A stretch of DNA of 64,000 bases from an uncultured Lentisphaeraceae bacterium (GTDB lineage: Bacteria; Verrucomicrobiota; Kiritimatiellia; RFP12; UBA1067), in NCBI GenBank assembly GCA_964386865.1, contig CAYLUN010000011.1, positions 12,058 through 76,057 of the forward strand, written 5' to 3'. Shown one piece after another: positions 1-10,200 of this stretch (positions are counted from its first letter, which is position 1; the number at the start of each line of letters is the position of its first letter). The notes below the pieces were generated by a model. The model saw nothing but the letters and a program-made list of their open reading frames with translations, had not been told where the DNA came from and did not search any database. Made by a program: the position numbers and the translations under genes.

Positions 1-166
1 GATCATAGATTTTAGACGTGGGATTTGGGAGAATGGGAACTCGCGAGCGGGGAAGGTTCAAAGAGAGAGGAACGCTCGACGTTCAGGTTGGGAAGCGCCT
101 GACGGCGCCACTACGAACGAGAGAACGCACGAGGTTAAACGCGAGACGCAAGTGAGGGACGAAGCC

Positions 167-3022
167 ATGCGGAAGTGTGTGATTGGGGCGGTTGTCGGAT
201 TGCTTCAGGCGGGCGCCTTCGGCGCGCCGATCAGCACGGCGGTGACGAACAGCGCGGCGCCGATCGCGTTCGAGCGCGCGGGCGCGCTGGTGGGCGCGGC
301 GGTGTTCGGCCATCCCGGCACGTATGACGGGATCCCGTTCGCCGAGTGGCGCCCGTCGGGCCGGTCGCCGTTTGCTCTCGGCGACGGCGTGTACGTGGTC
401 ATGGACTCCAACGGGTACCCGGTGACCGACCTCGGCGGAGGCGGGCCGTATCAGACGGAGCTGTACGCGAGCGGGGACGGCGCGCAGACGCTGACCTTCA
501 CGGGCCTGGCGACCAACAAGACCTACGCCTTTCAGTTCGCGCACTTCGAGAAGCGCGCGGGCGACTGGTCCCGCTATGAAGGCGACCAAGTCTTCATGAC
601 CGCCGACAGCTGGTCAGCCAAGCAGCGGCTCGTGTTCGGGCCGGGCAAGACCGGCGAAGCGGCGTGCAACTACGCGCTGCTCACGGTCACCGTGACGGAC
701 ACGCCCAGCCTGTGCTACACGATGCCGAGGCCCGGCGCGCGCGGCCCGTCGATGAACGGGTTCAGCGTTCGCGTGGTCGGCGTGCAGCCGCCGTCCTCGG
801 CGGTGCCGCCGCGCGCGCTGCCCGCGCGTACGGCGAACCTGAAGCTGCCGGCCGACATCAGCGAGGTGCTGTTTGTCAAGCGCCTCACGTACTCGGCCAA
901 CCACTACTACACCGAGTATGTGAACAGCGCGTGGACGCCGGGCGGCAACCTGTGCCTGCTGGACGTGAAGAGCGGCGCGGTGCGCGAGCTGGTTCCGGCA
1001 ATGGCCTCGGGCGTGTTCGAGCGCTTCGACCTTTCGTTCGACGCCAAGCGCGTGGTGTTCGCCTGGAAGAAGGGGCCGCAGGACGGCTACCGGATCTACG
1101 AGGTCGGCGTGGACGGCAAGAACCTGCGGCAGCTCACGTTCCCGCCGCCGGAGGAGGCTGAGCTGGAGCGTCGGTATCGGGTCGACCCCAACTATCACCA
1201 CGGGACCGATGATTTGTCGCCCTGCTACGTGCCTGACGGCGGCATTGTCTTCATCTCCACGCGCTGCCAGTTCGGCATCCTGTGCGACGCGCCCGACAAT
1301 TTCACGACCACGGTGCTCTACCGCATGGACGGCGACGGCAAGAACCTGGTGAAACTGAGCAACAGTTCGGTCAGCGAGACCGGGCCGTCGATGCTGCCGG
1401 ACGGCCGCGTCCTGTACACGCGCTGGGAGTACGTGGACAAGGGGGCCGTCAGCGTGAAGGGGCTGTGGGCGATGCGGCCCGACGGGACGGCGTCGGTCGA
1501 GGTCTACGGCAACGACATCGCGCTGCCGCCGACGCTGAACTTCGGGCGGGCCATTCCGGGACTGTCGCAGGGCTACGTGGTGATGGGCGTGCCGCACTAT
1601 CCGCAGAGCAGCGTGGGCACCGTGATCCGGCTGGACCTCACCAAGCCGATCCGGTCGCGCGAGCCGATGACGTGGATGACGCCGTACGTGGACATCCGGA
1701 CTGAGGGCGGATTCCATTTCGAGGACGCGGCGGGCACGTGGGACAAGGACGCCAAGGGGGTCGGCCCGCTGTTCGCGGACGCGTATCCGCTTTCGGCCGC
1801 GCTCTTCCTCGTGGCGCACAAGCCGAAAGGGCCCGCGTGGAACGCCGCCGCCGGCTACGGCCTCTACCTGCTCGACGAGAGCGGCGCGGTGTGCGAGCTG
1901 TACCGCGACCCCGCGACCTCGTGCTGGCGGCCGGTGCCGCTGCGCGCGCGGCCGGTGCCGCCCGTGCCCTCGACGCCCGTGAACGCGGAGCTGGCGGCGC
2001 GCGGCGAGGCGGCGTGCATGGTGGCTGACGTGTACCACGGGCTCGAAGGCGTGCCGCCCGGCACGGTTAAGTACCTCCGCGTGCTGGAGCAGGTGCCGCG
2101 GCCGTGGGCGGCGCAGAACAAGGACAACAGCGACGAGTACGATCAGCAGCACATCGTGGTCTCCAAGGACACGCATCTGGGGCTCAAGGTCCAGCACGGG
2201 GTGGTGCCGGTCGAGGCCGACGGGTCGGCGCACTTCGTGGTTCCGGCCGACGCGAACATCGTCCTGCAGGCGCTCGATGAGAACGGGTTCGCGCTGCAGA
2301 CCGAGCGCACCTTCGTGAACTACCGGCCGGGCGAGGTGCGGGCGTGCATCGGCTGCCACGAGACGCCCGAGAGCGCGATGGCGCAGGGCGACAAGGTGCG
2401 CGAGAACCGGCTCGCGTTCCGGCGCGCGCCCTCGCGGCCCGGGCCGCAGGCGGGCGAGGCGCGGGGGCCGCGGCCGCTGCACTACGCGACGGACGTGCAG
2501 CCGCTCTTCGACCGGCGCTGCGTGTCGTGCCACGGCGGCGGAGAGAAGCTGGCGGGCGGGCTGGACTTGCGCGGCGCGCCGACGCAGAAGTTCTGCGTCT
2601 CGTACGAGTCGCTGGTGCCCGAGCGCCGCAAGGGCAAGGACAACCGCGACCGCGGCCTGCTGGGGCTGGTGATCGGCGAGAACCACCCCAAGACCGGCAA
2701 CGTCGACTACCTGCCGGCGGGCTCGCTCGGCGCGCGCACGAGCGTGCTGGGCGCGCTGCTGAGCCGGGGGCGGATCGCGCTGGCCGACCCGGCGCAGCGC
2801 GCGCGGGCGGAGCGGCTGGCCAAGGGCCACGCGCAGGTTTTGGCGAAGCTGACGGACGCCGAGACGCTGCCGGTGATGAATTGGATTGACACCAACTGCC
2901 AATATTACGGAAGCTATTGGGGAAGGCGGGACTTGCGCCATCAGGGCGCGCCGGATTTCAGGCGCGTGCCGACCTTCGAGGAGGCGCGGAGCCAGCGGCC
3001 GCCGGAATGGGCCGTTCGGTAG
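167..3022 (+). CDS. Secreted beta-propeller (TolB/PD40-like) protein with two C-terminal CxxCH heme-c motifs; hypothetical
   Basis: Long ORF 152..3022. ATG at 167 is preceded by GAGGGA, and MRKCVIGAVVGLLQAGAFGA reads as a signal peptide. Propeller-like repeats are present (WTPGGNLCLLDVKSG, DGKNLRQLT, DGDGKNLVKLS). Two CxxCH motifs occur (ACIGCHE, CVSCHGG), typical of planctomycete/verrucomicrobial cytochrome-like domain proteins. Confidence 0.6.
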   Translation: MRKCVIGAVVGLLQAGAFGAPISTAVTNSAAPIAFERAGALVGAAVFGHPGTYDGIPFAEWRPSGRSPFALGDGVYVVMDSNGYPVTDLGGGGPYQTELYASGDGAQTLTFTGLATNKTYAFQFAHFEKRAGDWSRYEGDQVFMTADSWSAKQRLVFGPGKTGEAACNYALLTVTVTDTPSLCYTMPRPGARGPSMNGFSVRVVGVQPPSSAVPPRALPARTANLKLPADISEVLFVKRLTYSANHYYTEYVNSAWTPGGNLCLLDVKSGAVRELVPAMASGVFERFDLSFDAKRVVFAWKKGPQDGYRIYEVGVDGKNLRQLTFPPPEEAELERRYRVDPNYHHGTDDLSPCYVPDGGIVFISTRCQFGILCDAPDNFTTTVLYRMDGDGKNLVKLSNSSVSETGPSMLPDGRVLYTRWEYVDKGAVSVKGLWAMRPDGTASVEVYGNDIALPPTLNFGRAIPGLSQGYVVMGVPHYPQSSVGTVIRLDLTKPIRSREPMTWMTPYVDIRTEGGFHFEDAAGTWDKDAKGVGPLFADAYPLSAALFLVAHKPKGPAWNAAAGYGLYLLDESGAVCELYRDPATSCWRPVPLRARPVPPVPSTPVNAELAARGEAACMVADVYHGLEGVPPGTVKYLRVLEQVPRPWAAQNKDNSDEYDQQHIVVSKDTHLGLKVQHGVVPVEADGSAHFVVPADANIVLQALDENGFALQTERTFVNYRPGEVRACIGCHETPESAMAQGDKVRENRLAFRRAPSRPGPQAGEARGPRPLHYATDVQPLFDRRCVSCHGGGEKLAGGLDLRGAPTQKFCVSYESLVPERRKGKDNRDRGLLGLVIGENHPKTGNVDYLPAGSLGARTSVLGALLSRGRIALADPAQRARAERLAKGHAQVLAKLTDAETLPVMNWIDTNCQYYGSYWGRRDLRHQGAPDFRRVPTFEEARSQRPPEWAVR

Positions 3023-3072
3023 GGACGTTGCCTCGTCGCGGGCGCGGACGGCAGGGGCTGCCGTCCCTACCG
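3017..3072 (+). terminator. GC-rich hairpin overlapping the stop codon of the upstream gene (putative intrinsic terminator, no T-run)
   Basis: CGGTAGGGACG (3017-3027) is the exact reverse complement of CGTCCCTACCG (3062-3072). An inner stem GACGGCAG/CTGCCGTC is also present. Confidence 0.3.
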
Positions 3073-3204
3073 GGCGGGGCTGGGGCGCTGCGGCTTCGGC
3101 TCGCGCTGGAGGGCCCGCCTCCGTGCGGGCCGCGGACGCGTCAGGCCGCCGGTTCTTGGAGCCGAGAAGACTGTGTGTAACGAACAAACAAAGGAAGAAC
3201 AGAG

Positions 3205-3906
3205 ATGAATACGAGAGCGATGATGGGTGCTTTGGGTGTGGCGGCGGCGCTGGCGCTGGCGGGCGGGTGCGCGTGCCCGATGAAGTCGTGTTGCCCGATG
3301 GCGGCGAAGAAGGGTTCGGTCGCCTTCGATAACGCCTCGTTCTACGGCAAGGACGGCAAGTTCGACGCCGAGAAGGGCAAGGACGCGGTGATGGCGCTGG
3401 CCGCCTATCACGGGTATCCGACCTTCCCGGGGATGCGCGAGCAGATCTGGGTCTCGGACTACAACACCGGGCAGTTTATGAAGCTCGGGCTCGCGGCGAT
3501 CATGTTCAAGAACAACGAGGAAGACCGCTACATGCTGATGGACCTGTTCCTGATGCCCGGGCAGATGCTGCCGGAGCACTGGCATGAGGACGGCGACAAG
3601 AATCCGGCCAAGCGCGAGGGCTGGCTGGTGCGTTGCGGGCTCTCGCACATCGTGGGCGAGGGCGAGCCGAACCTGGGCGCCGGCGTCACGGTTCCTGCGA
3701 TCCACATGAATGGGACGGTGACGGTGAAGCACGAGACCGTGGCTAAGGCGGGCACCTTCGTGCCGCTGTCGCGCGTCTACTCGCGCCACTGGCAGCTGGC
3801 CGGGCCCGAAGGCGCGATCATCACGGAGGTCGCGAACGTCCACACCGACAGCGCCGTGCGCCACTCGGACAAGGCGCTCAACGACTTCTTCCTCGGCAAG
3901 AAGTAG
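3205..3906 (+). CDS. Cupin-like lipoprotein, hypothetical
   Basis: RBS AAAGGAAG precedes the ATG. There is a lipoprotein signal (LALAGGCA). A cupin-like metal motif PEHWHEDGD...E is present. Confidence 0.5.
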   Translation: MNTRAMMGALGVAAALALAGGCACPMKSCCPMAAKKGSVAFDNASFYGKDGKFDAEKGKDAVMALAAYHGYPTFPGMREQIWVSDYNTGQFMKLGLAAIMFKNNEEDRYMLMDLFLMPGQMLPEHWHEDGDKNPAKREGWLVRCGLSHIVGEGEPNLGAGVTVPAIHMNGTVTVKHETVAKAGTFVPLSRVYSRHWQLAGPEGAIITEVANVHTDSAVRHSDKALNDFFLGKK

Positions 3907-3960
3907 GCGGCCTAGAAATGGGCGATTCTCTGGCGAGCGTCCACGCGAGCCGTATCGCTA

Positions 3961-4089
3961 CAGCAATTCTAAATTTGACCCGCCGCGCGCTGTGAGAAGG
4001 CTCTCACGAGCCCACAAACGGAAACGCCTCGCTTTCGCACGTTTGTAGTGGCGCCGTGAGGCGCTTTCTAGTCAAATTCAGAATTGCTG
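3961..4089. repeat. Structured intergenic element: 19-bp inverted repeat (1 mismatch) enclosing three internal hairpins, between convergent genes
   Basis: CAGCAATTCTAAATTTGAC (3961-3979) pairs with GTCAAATTCAGAATTGCTG (4071-4089). Internal stems are GTGAGA/TCTCAC, ACAAACG/CGTTTGT and GCGCC/GGCGC. Confidence 0.45.
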
Positions 4090-4213
4090 GTGTCGCAGGG
4101 CCATGCCGGCCGCACATCAGGTAAAACCGATTTCGCGTGTCGGCGGGCTCGTCGCGCCCGACGTACTGTGCGCGGGCCGTCCGTCCGATCGCCAACCTCC
4201 GGGTGCCCGATTC

Positions 4214-7200
4214 TCAGCGAAGCAAGAGCAGCGTGCGGGGCGAGGGCGGCCACTGGGTGCGGAGGAAGCCGGCGCCGGTCAGGTAGGGCGAGAGGCGGCT
4301 CGCGCCGTAGACGCCCTCCAGCTTCTGGTTGCCGTTGACCGTGAGCGTGTGGACGGTCTGCGTGCCGACGTAGGCGAGGTCGACGGAGGCTCCGCTTAGG
4401 ATCGACACGTTTGCGGCGGGCGGCAGGACGGCGGGGCCGGCGAGGCGCAGGACGCCGTTGCTGGCGACCGTCGTGCCGGTGTAGGCGTTCGTGCCGGCCA
4501 AGACGAGTGTGCCGACGCCGGTCTTGACGAGCGAGGCGCCGTTGTTAAACTGGCCCAGGTTCATCAGCGTGCCGGCGCGCGCGTTGAGGACGTCGATGCG
4601 CTGTGTGGCCGTGCCGATCACGTGGCCGGTCATGTCCAGCGTTCCGCCGTTGAGGTTGATCGTGCTGAGGCTGTTGCTGCCGAGGTCGCGTATGTCGGCG
4701 TTGCAGGCGAAGGTGCCTCCGTTGACATTGAGAGTGCCGGTAGCGGAGCCGCCCCCGCTTTGGGAGGCGAGCGAGAAGGAACCGCCGGAGAGCACCGTGA
4801 AGACGCCGCCGCTGACCGTCAGCGTAGCCGTGGCCGCACCGGTGCGGATGCCGCTCTTGGCCGCCATGAGGAGGTTGCTCGCGGTGAACGTGCCGCCGTC
4901 GAAGGAGAGGTTGCCGGTGGCTCCGCCGTTGTAGTTTGTCACCGACGTGTTGTTGTCTTCCTTGCCGAGGATCAGCGTTCCTGCAACGACCGTGGCGAGA
5001 TGACCCCGCAAGTCGAGCGTGCCGACCGGCGTGGCGGAGGTGCCGGTGGCGGTCTTGGCGCCGAGCGTGAGATCGGCGGCGGGCCTGGTGCGGCCAATGA
5101 GCGTCAGCGTGCCCGGCGAGCCGGCGGCCTGCGAGGCGAACTTGAGGGTGCCGCTCGACTTGGAGAGGCCGATGTTGACGGTGTTGGCGGCGATCACGTT
5201 CGCGCCCGCGCCGAGGACGACCGTGCTCGTGCCGCCATTGCTGCCGCTGGAGTGGCCGATCTGCACGGCGGTGGACGCGACGGCGTTGCTGGTGTCGGAG
5301 AGCGTGAGCTGGCCCGACGTCGTCTGCCCGAAGCCGACGCGCAGCTCGCTGAGCGGCGCGTCGGGGGTGCCGAACGACACGCAGGCGAGCCCCGCGAGGT
5401 CGAGCCAGCAGGCGTTGTAGTAGTTCTGCGTGGACTGGGCCTTGCCGACTGTGACCAGCGCGGCGGCGTTCGTCACGAGCAGGCTGCCGCCGCCGAAGAT
5501 GCGGCAGCGCGTGGTGCTGTTGGTGCCGGAGTCGGTGCCGACGGTGAGCCCGCCAAGGCCGGTGAGCGCAAGCGTCTGGCCGGGCGCGACGGAGACGAGG
5601 TTGGTGAGGGCCGCGTTGGTGCTGGCGACCAGGACGGTGGCGAGGGTCTGGCTGAAGGCGCCGAGCGCGAGGGCGCCCGCGCCGGCGGTGGTGCCGAGGG
5701 TCACGGCGCCGGACACGGGGAGGGCGTCGGTCGCGCCGAGCAGCAGCGTTCCGCCGCTGACGGTCGTCGCGCCGCTGTAGGTGCTCGCGCCGGAAAGGGT
5801 CAACGTGCCGCGCGTCTGCGCCAGCGCGAGGCGGCCGCCGTTCGGTCCGTCGGCGAGCGCGCCGCTGATCGTGCAGCCTGCGGCCGAGGCGGCGGTGCCC
5901 TGCGCGAGCGTCTGGGTGGCGCCGGTGCCGGCGGTGCCGGCGATGGGGCCGGTGAAGGTCGCGCCCGCCGCGTCGCCGGCGAGGGTGGTGTCGGCCAGCA
6001 GCGTGAGCGGGGCCGAAAGGGTGGCGGAGGCTGTGGCGAGGCGCAGGGCGCCGCGGCCTTCGGCGTTGCCGGAGCCCCGGACGGAGACGCCCGCGAAGCT
6101 GGCCGCCGCGTTGGAGAGCATGAGCGTGGTGCCAGCGTCGATCTGCACCGTCGCGGCGGGCGCGAGGACGCCGCCCGCGTCCCACTTGTCGCCGGTGGCG
6201 CCCGCGCCCGCGAGCTGGACAATGCCGGCGAAGCCAGTTGCGCCGGGCAGCGCGGTGGCGCGGGCCGTGGCGCCGGAGGAGAAGTTCAGGCGGAGCGTGC
6301 CGGTGCCGGAGAAAGCGTTTGTCTTTGCGACGAGGCCGGCGACGGTGCTGACGTTGTCCAACTGCAGGGTTGCGCCGGGGCCGATCGCGACGGGGCCGGT
6401 GCCGAGGCCGCTCTGGCTGGCGGAAAGGGTGGCGTAGGTGGTGCCGGCGCCGCTGGCGAGGGCGAGGCCGCCGCCGTAGGTGTTCGCGCCGGTGAGGCTG
6501 AGCGAGGCGGCGCCGGATTTGGCGAGCCCGCCGCCGCCCTGTAGCGGGCCGCTGAGGAGGAAGGCGGCCGAGCCGTCGCCCTCCACGGAAACGGTCGTGA
6601 CGAGCGTGGCGGCATTGGCGAGCGTGTAGGTGAGCCCGTCCGGGCCGGCTTCGGCGTCGAGCCTGAGCGCGGGCGCGACGGAGCCGTTGCCGAACGCGAG
6701 CGGCTGCCCGACGAGCGCGACGGCGGCCGCGCCGCTCGCGGGGCCTGTGCCCGCGAGGCGCAGGATCGCGAGCTGGAAGGTGCCTGCGTTGTTATTGGTG
6801 GCGGTGAGGGTGCCGGGCTCAAGGGCCTGGCCGGGCAAGAACTCCACGGCGCCATTGGTGTGCGAGAAGGCGGGCGTGCCGGCGAGCCAGCTTGCGCCTT
6901 GCGTCCACGGGAGCGCGGCGCCGGCGGCGGTGTTCGTCCAGACGCTTGAGGCGACGACGGAGAGGACGAACGAGTCGCTGGCGGTGTCGATGCCGTCGCT
7001 GACGGTGAGCGTGACGGTGGCGGTGCCGGTCTGGTTCGAGGCGGGTGTGAGCGTGACGGTGCGTTCCGCGCCGCTGCCGCCGAAGAGGATGCGGTTGGTG
7101 GGCATGAGCGTGGCGTTGGATGACGCGGCCGAGAGGGTCAGCGCGGCGGCGTCTGTCTCGGCGTCGCCGACGGTGAAGGGGATTGGCCCCGTGGAGGTGT

Positions 7201-10200
7201 TGGCCGCGACGGTTAGGTTTGTGACGTCGCTGAGCACGGGCAGCGACGCGAGCGCGAGCACGACGTCGTTGCCGGTGCCGCCTGCGTAGGTGATGCGCCA
7301 CCGGTAGCCGTCTTCGACAAAGGCGCTGTTGTTCGGCTTGTTCGTGAAGGTGCCGCTGACAGCGCCCGCGCCCGTGCTGTTGATGAGGGTGAAGGCGCTG
7401 GCGGAGGGAAGGCCCGTGCCGGCCTGGAGGTCGAGCGCGCCCGCGAGGGTGACGGCGCCTGCCACGGCGAGCGTGTCGTACTGCGTGCCCGCCGCGGGGC
7501 CGTCGATGCGGACGGAGAGCCGTCCGCCCGCGTGGACCGCGAGGCTGCCCGCGATGCTCGGTGCGCCAGAAGGCGCGAGGGTGCCTGTCGCGACGGTGAG
7601 GTTGCCCGCCAGGTTGCTGAGGAGCGCGAGGGTGCCGTTGCTGACGGTGGTCGCGCCGCTGTAGGTGTTGGTGCCGGCGAGCGCGAGCAGGCCTGCGCCG
7701 ACCTTGGTGAGGGCGTACGAGCCGGAGACCGGCGCGCCGATCTGGATGTCGCCGCTGCCGCCGACCACGGTGTTCGCGCCGAGGGCCATGCTGGAGAGGT
7801 GCGCCGTGGCAAGCGTGCCCGCGCCGCTGCCGAACGAGACGGAGGGGGCTGCTGTGTAGCCGGAGCCGGAGGAGGTGAGCTGGAGGCCGCTGACGGTGAA
7901 GTTCGTGGCGTTGCCGACGCCGCTCGGGGCGACGCCAGGGGTGAGGATTGTCCCGCCGGAGAAGGCGAGGGCGGGGGCGCTCGAGTAGCCGGTGCCTGCG
8001 CTGGTGATCGTGATGCCGCTGAGCACGCCGTTGGTGAGCGTGGCGGTGACGGCTGCGCCGCTGCCGCCGCCACCGCTGAGGGAGACGCTGGGGGCAGCCG
8101 AGTAGACGGTCGTGCCGGGCGAGAGGGTAAAGCTGGCGGCGGTGAGGCCGAGCGTGGCGACGGCGGACGCGCCCGAGCCGGGGCCGCTGAACGAGACGGA
8201 AGGCGCCGCGCTGTGCGTGCCGCCGGAGGTGACCGTCACAACCGAGACCGCGCCGCCGGCAAGGCTGGCGGGCTCTGCGGCCGTGTTCACCAAGGCGCCC
8301 GCGCCGCCGACGCCGCTGCCGCGCACGGTCAGGATCTCGGTGACGTCCGCCTGGCCGCCGAGGTCCAGCGTCGAGCCGGAGGCGAGCGTACAGGCGCCGT
8401 TGTTGTTGCCGTACACGAGGCCGCCGCGTCCGAGCGCAAAGGGGTGGCCGAGGGCGAGCGTGCCGGCGTTGAGCGAGGTCGCGCCGGAATACGTGTTGGA
8501 GCCTGCCAGCAGCCAGCGCCCCGCGTCGCTCTTCGAGGCCGAGAGCAAGTTGACGCCGCCGTTGGTGATCGCGCCAAAGATGGCGCCGTTGCCTGTGCCG
8601 GCGAGCTGCAGCGTGCGGCTCGTGGTGTTGGGCCCGAGCGTGCCGGTCAGGGTAAGCGTGCCCGCAGAGGACGTGATCTTCGTGTCGCCGCCGCCGCCGG
8701 TGAGGGTGATGTCGCCGCGCAGCGTGTTGTCGCCGGCCTCGTTGATGATCGCGCCGTCGGCGTGGCTGGTTCTGTACGTGATCGCGGCGGGCAGGTCGAT
8801 GGGCGTGGACGAGCCGTCAAGGCGCAGCTGCGGCGCGCCGGCGGTGCCGTTGTAGAGGCTGATCTGCTTTTCGCCGTCGCCGAGCGCGGCGCTCCCGGTG
8901 ATGCGCAGCGCGCCGGAGTTGACGGTCACACCGCCGGTGAACGTGTTGGTGCCGCTCAGCACGACGGTGCCGCCGTTCTTCGGGCAGTCGACGTAGAGGC
9001 TGCCCGCGCCGCTGATGGCGTTGGGCACCGCGAGCGTGCCGGTGCGGTCAAAGCGGAGCTGGCCGTCGTTTTCCACCGGCCCCGCGCCGAGCGTGCCGGT
9101 GGCGCCGTCAGCACCGATCTGAAGGGTGCCCTCTTGGATGACCGTGTCGCCGGAGTAGGTGTTGGTGCCGGACAGCGTGAGCGTCTTGTTGCCCGCCTTG
9201 ACGAGTCCACCGGGGCCGGAGACCGGCCCGCCGATGCGGAAGGTCGCGGTGCCGGCGCCGTCGACGGTCGTGTCGGCGCTGAGCGTAACGGGCATGGCCA
9301 GCAGGTAGGTCAGGCCGGAGCCGGCAGTGGCGTCCAGGCTCAGGCTGGGCGCGGTCAGCCCGTTGTTCTGGAAGGCCAGCGGGCCGCCCGTGAGCGTGAC
9401 GGTCGCAGCGGAGCTGGCCGTGCCGGCGAGCGAGAGCGCGTTCAGCGTGAAGTCGCCGGCGCTGTCGTTGCGCGAGGTGACCGCGCCGCCGGCCAGGGTC
9501 TTGGCGGTGAAGAACTGCAGCGTCGCGCCGCGGCTGGCGGTGGGGGTCGCGTTGCCGGACCAGCTTGAGGCCGTGCTCCACGGCAGGGTGGCGCCGGCCG
9601 CCGCGTTCGTCCACACGTAGGTGCTGGGCGCGCTGGCGAGCGTGATCGTGCCGGTTGCGGTGAGCCCGCCGAGGTGGCGGGCGGTGAGTCCGCTGGCCAG
9701 CGCGGCGATCTCGGTCGCGGTCAGTGCGGCCTTGTGGACGGCGAGATCGTCGAGCCGGCCGTCGAGCCAGCGCGGGGCGTAGGCCGCGTTCGTATCCGTG
9801 TGGCCGCCGAAGATGAGCGGGTACGTCTGGTTGAGCGACAGCGAGTAGGAGGCGTCTTCGCCGGCCAGCGCCCCGTTGAGGTAGAGCCTCATCGTCGTGC
9901 CGCTGCGGACCACGGCGACATGGTGCCATACGCCGGGCGCGGCGTTGGTGACGATGTTCACGTCAGGGCCGGGGAAGTGCTGGAGCGAGAGGGATGACGC
10001 GCCGTCCGCCACGAGATAGAGCTCCTCGTTCGTGCCGTAGCCATCGCCGTTGTTGAGGTGCCAAACCATGTCCTCGTTCGCGCTGTCGCGGCGTTTGAAC
10101 CAGCCGGAAATCGTCCAGTTTCCGGTACTGAAATTGAGTTCGTTGGAGGCCACGACACGGCTGAGCCGGGCCGCGTTGGCGCCACCGTTCTCGGCGAGGT

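Noticed and set aside
614-3187. 857-aa minus-strand ORF antisense to the beta-propeller/cytochrome gene. Similar long antisense or frame-shifted ORFs occur at 4545-6544, 7213-9568, 9963-12185, 30529-33171, 33123-35777, 38865-41735, 39437-41869, 41983-43842, 46923-48623, 48584-50065, 50756-53353, 54393-55589, 56736-58148 and 58186-59502.
   Set aside because: These are Arg/Ala/Gly/Pro-rich low-complexity translations, typical of shadow ORFs in about 68% GC DNA. They overlap genes with clear family motifs, RBSs and signal peptides on the other strand or frame.
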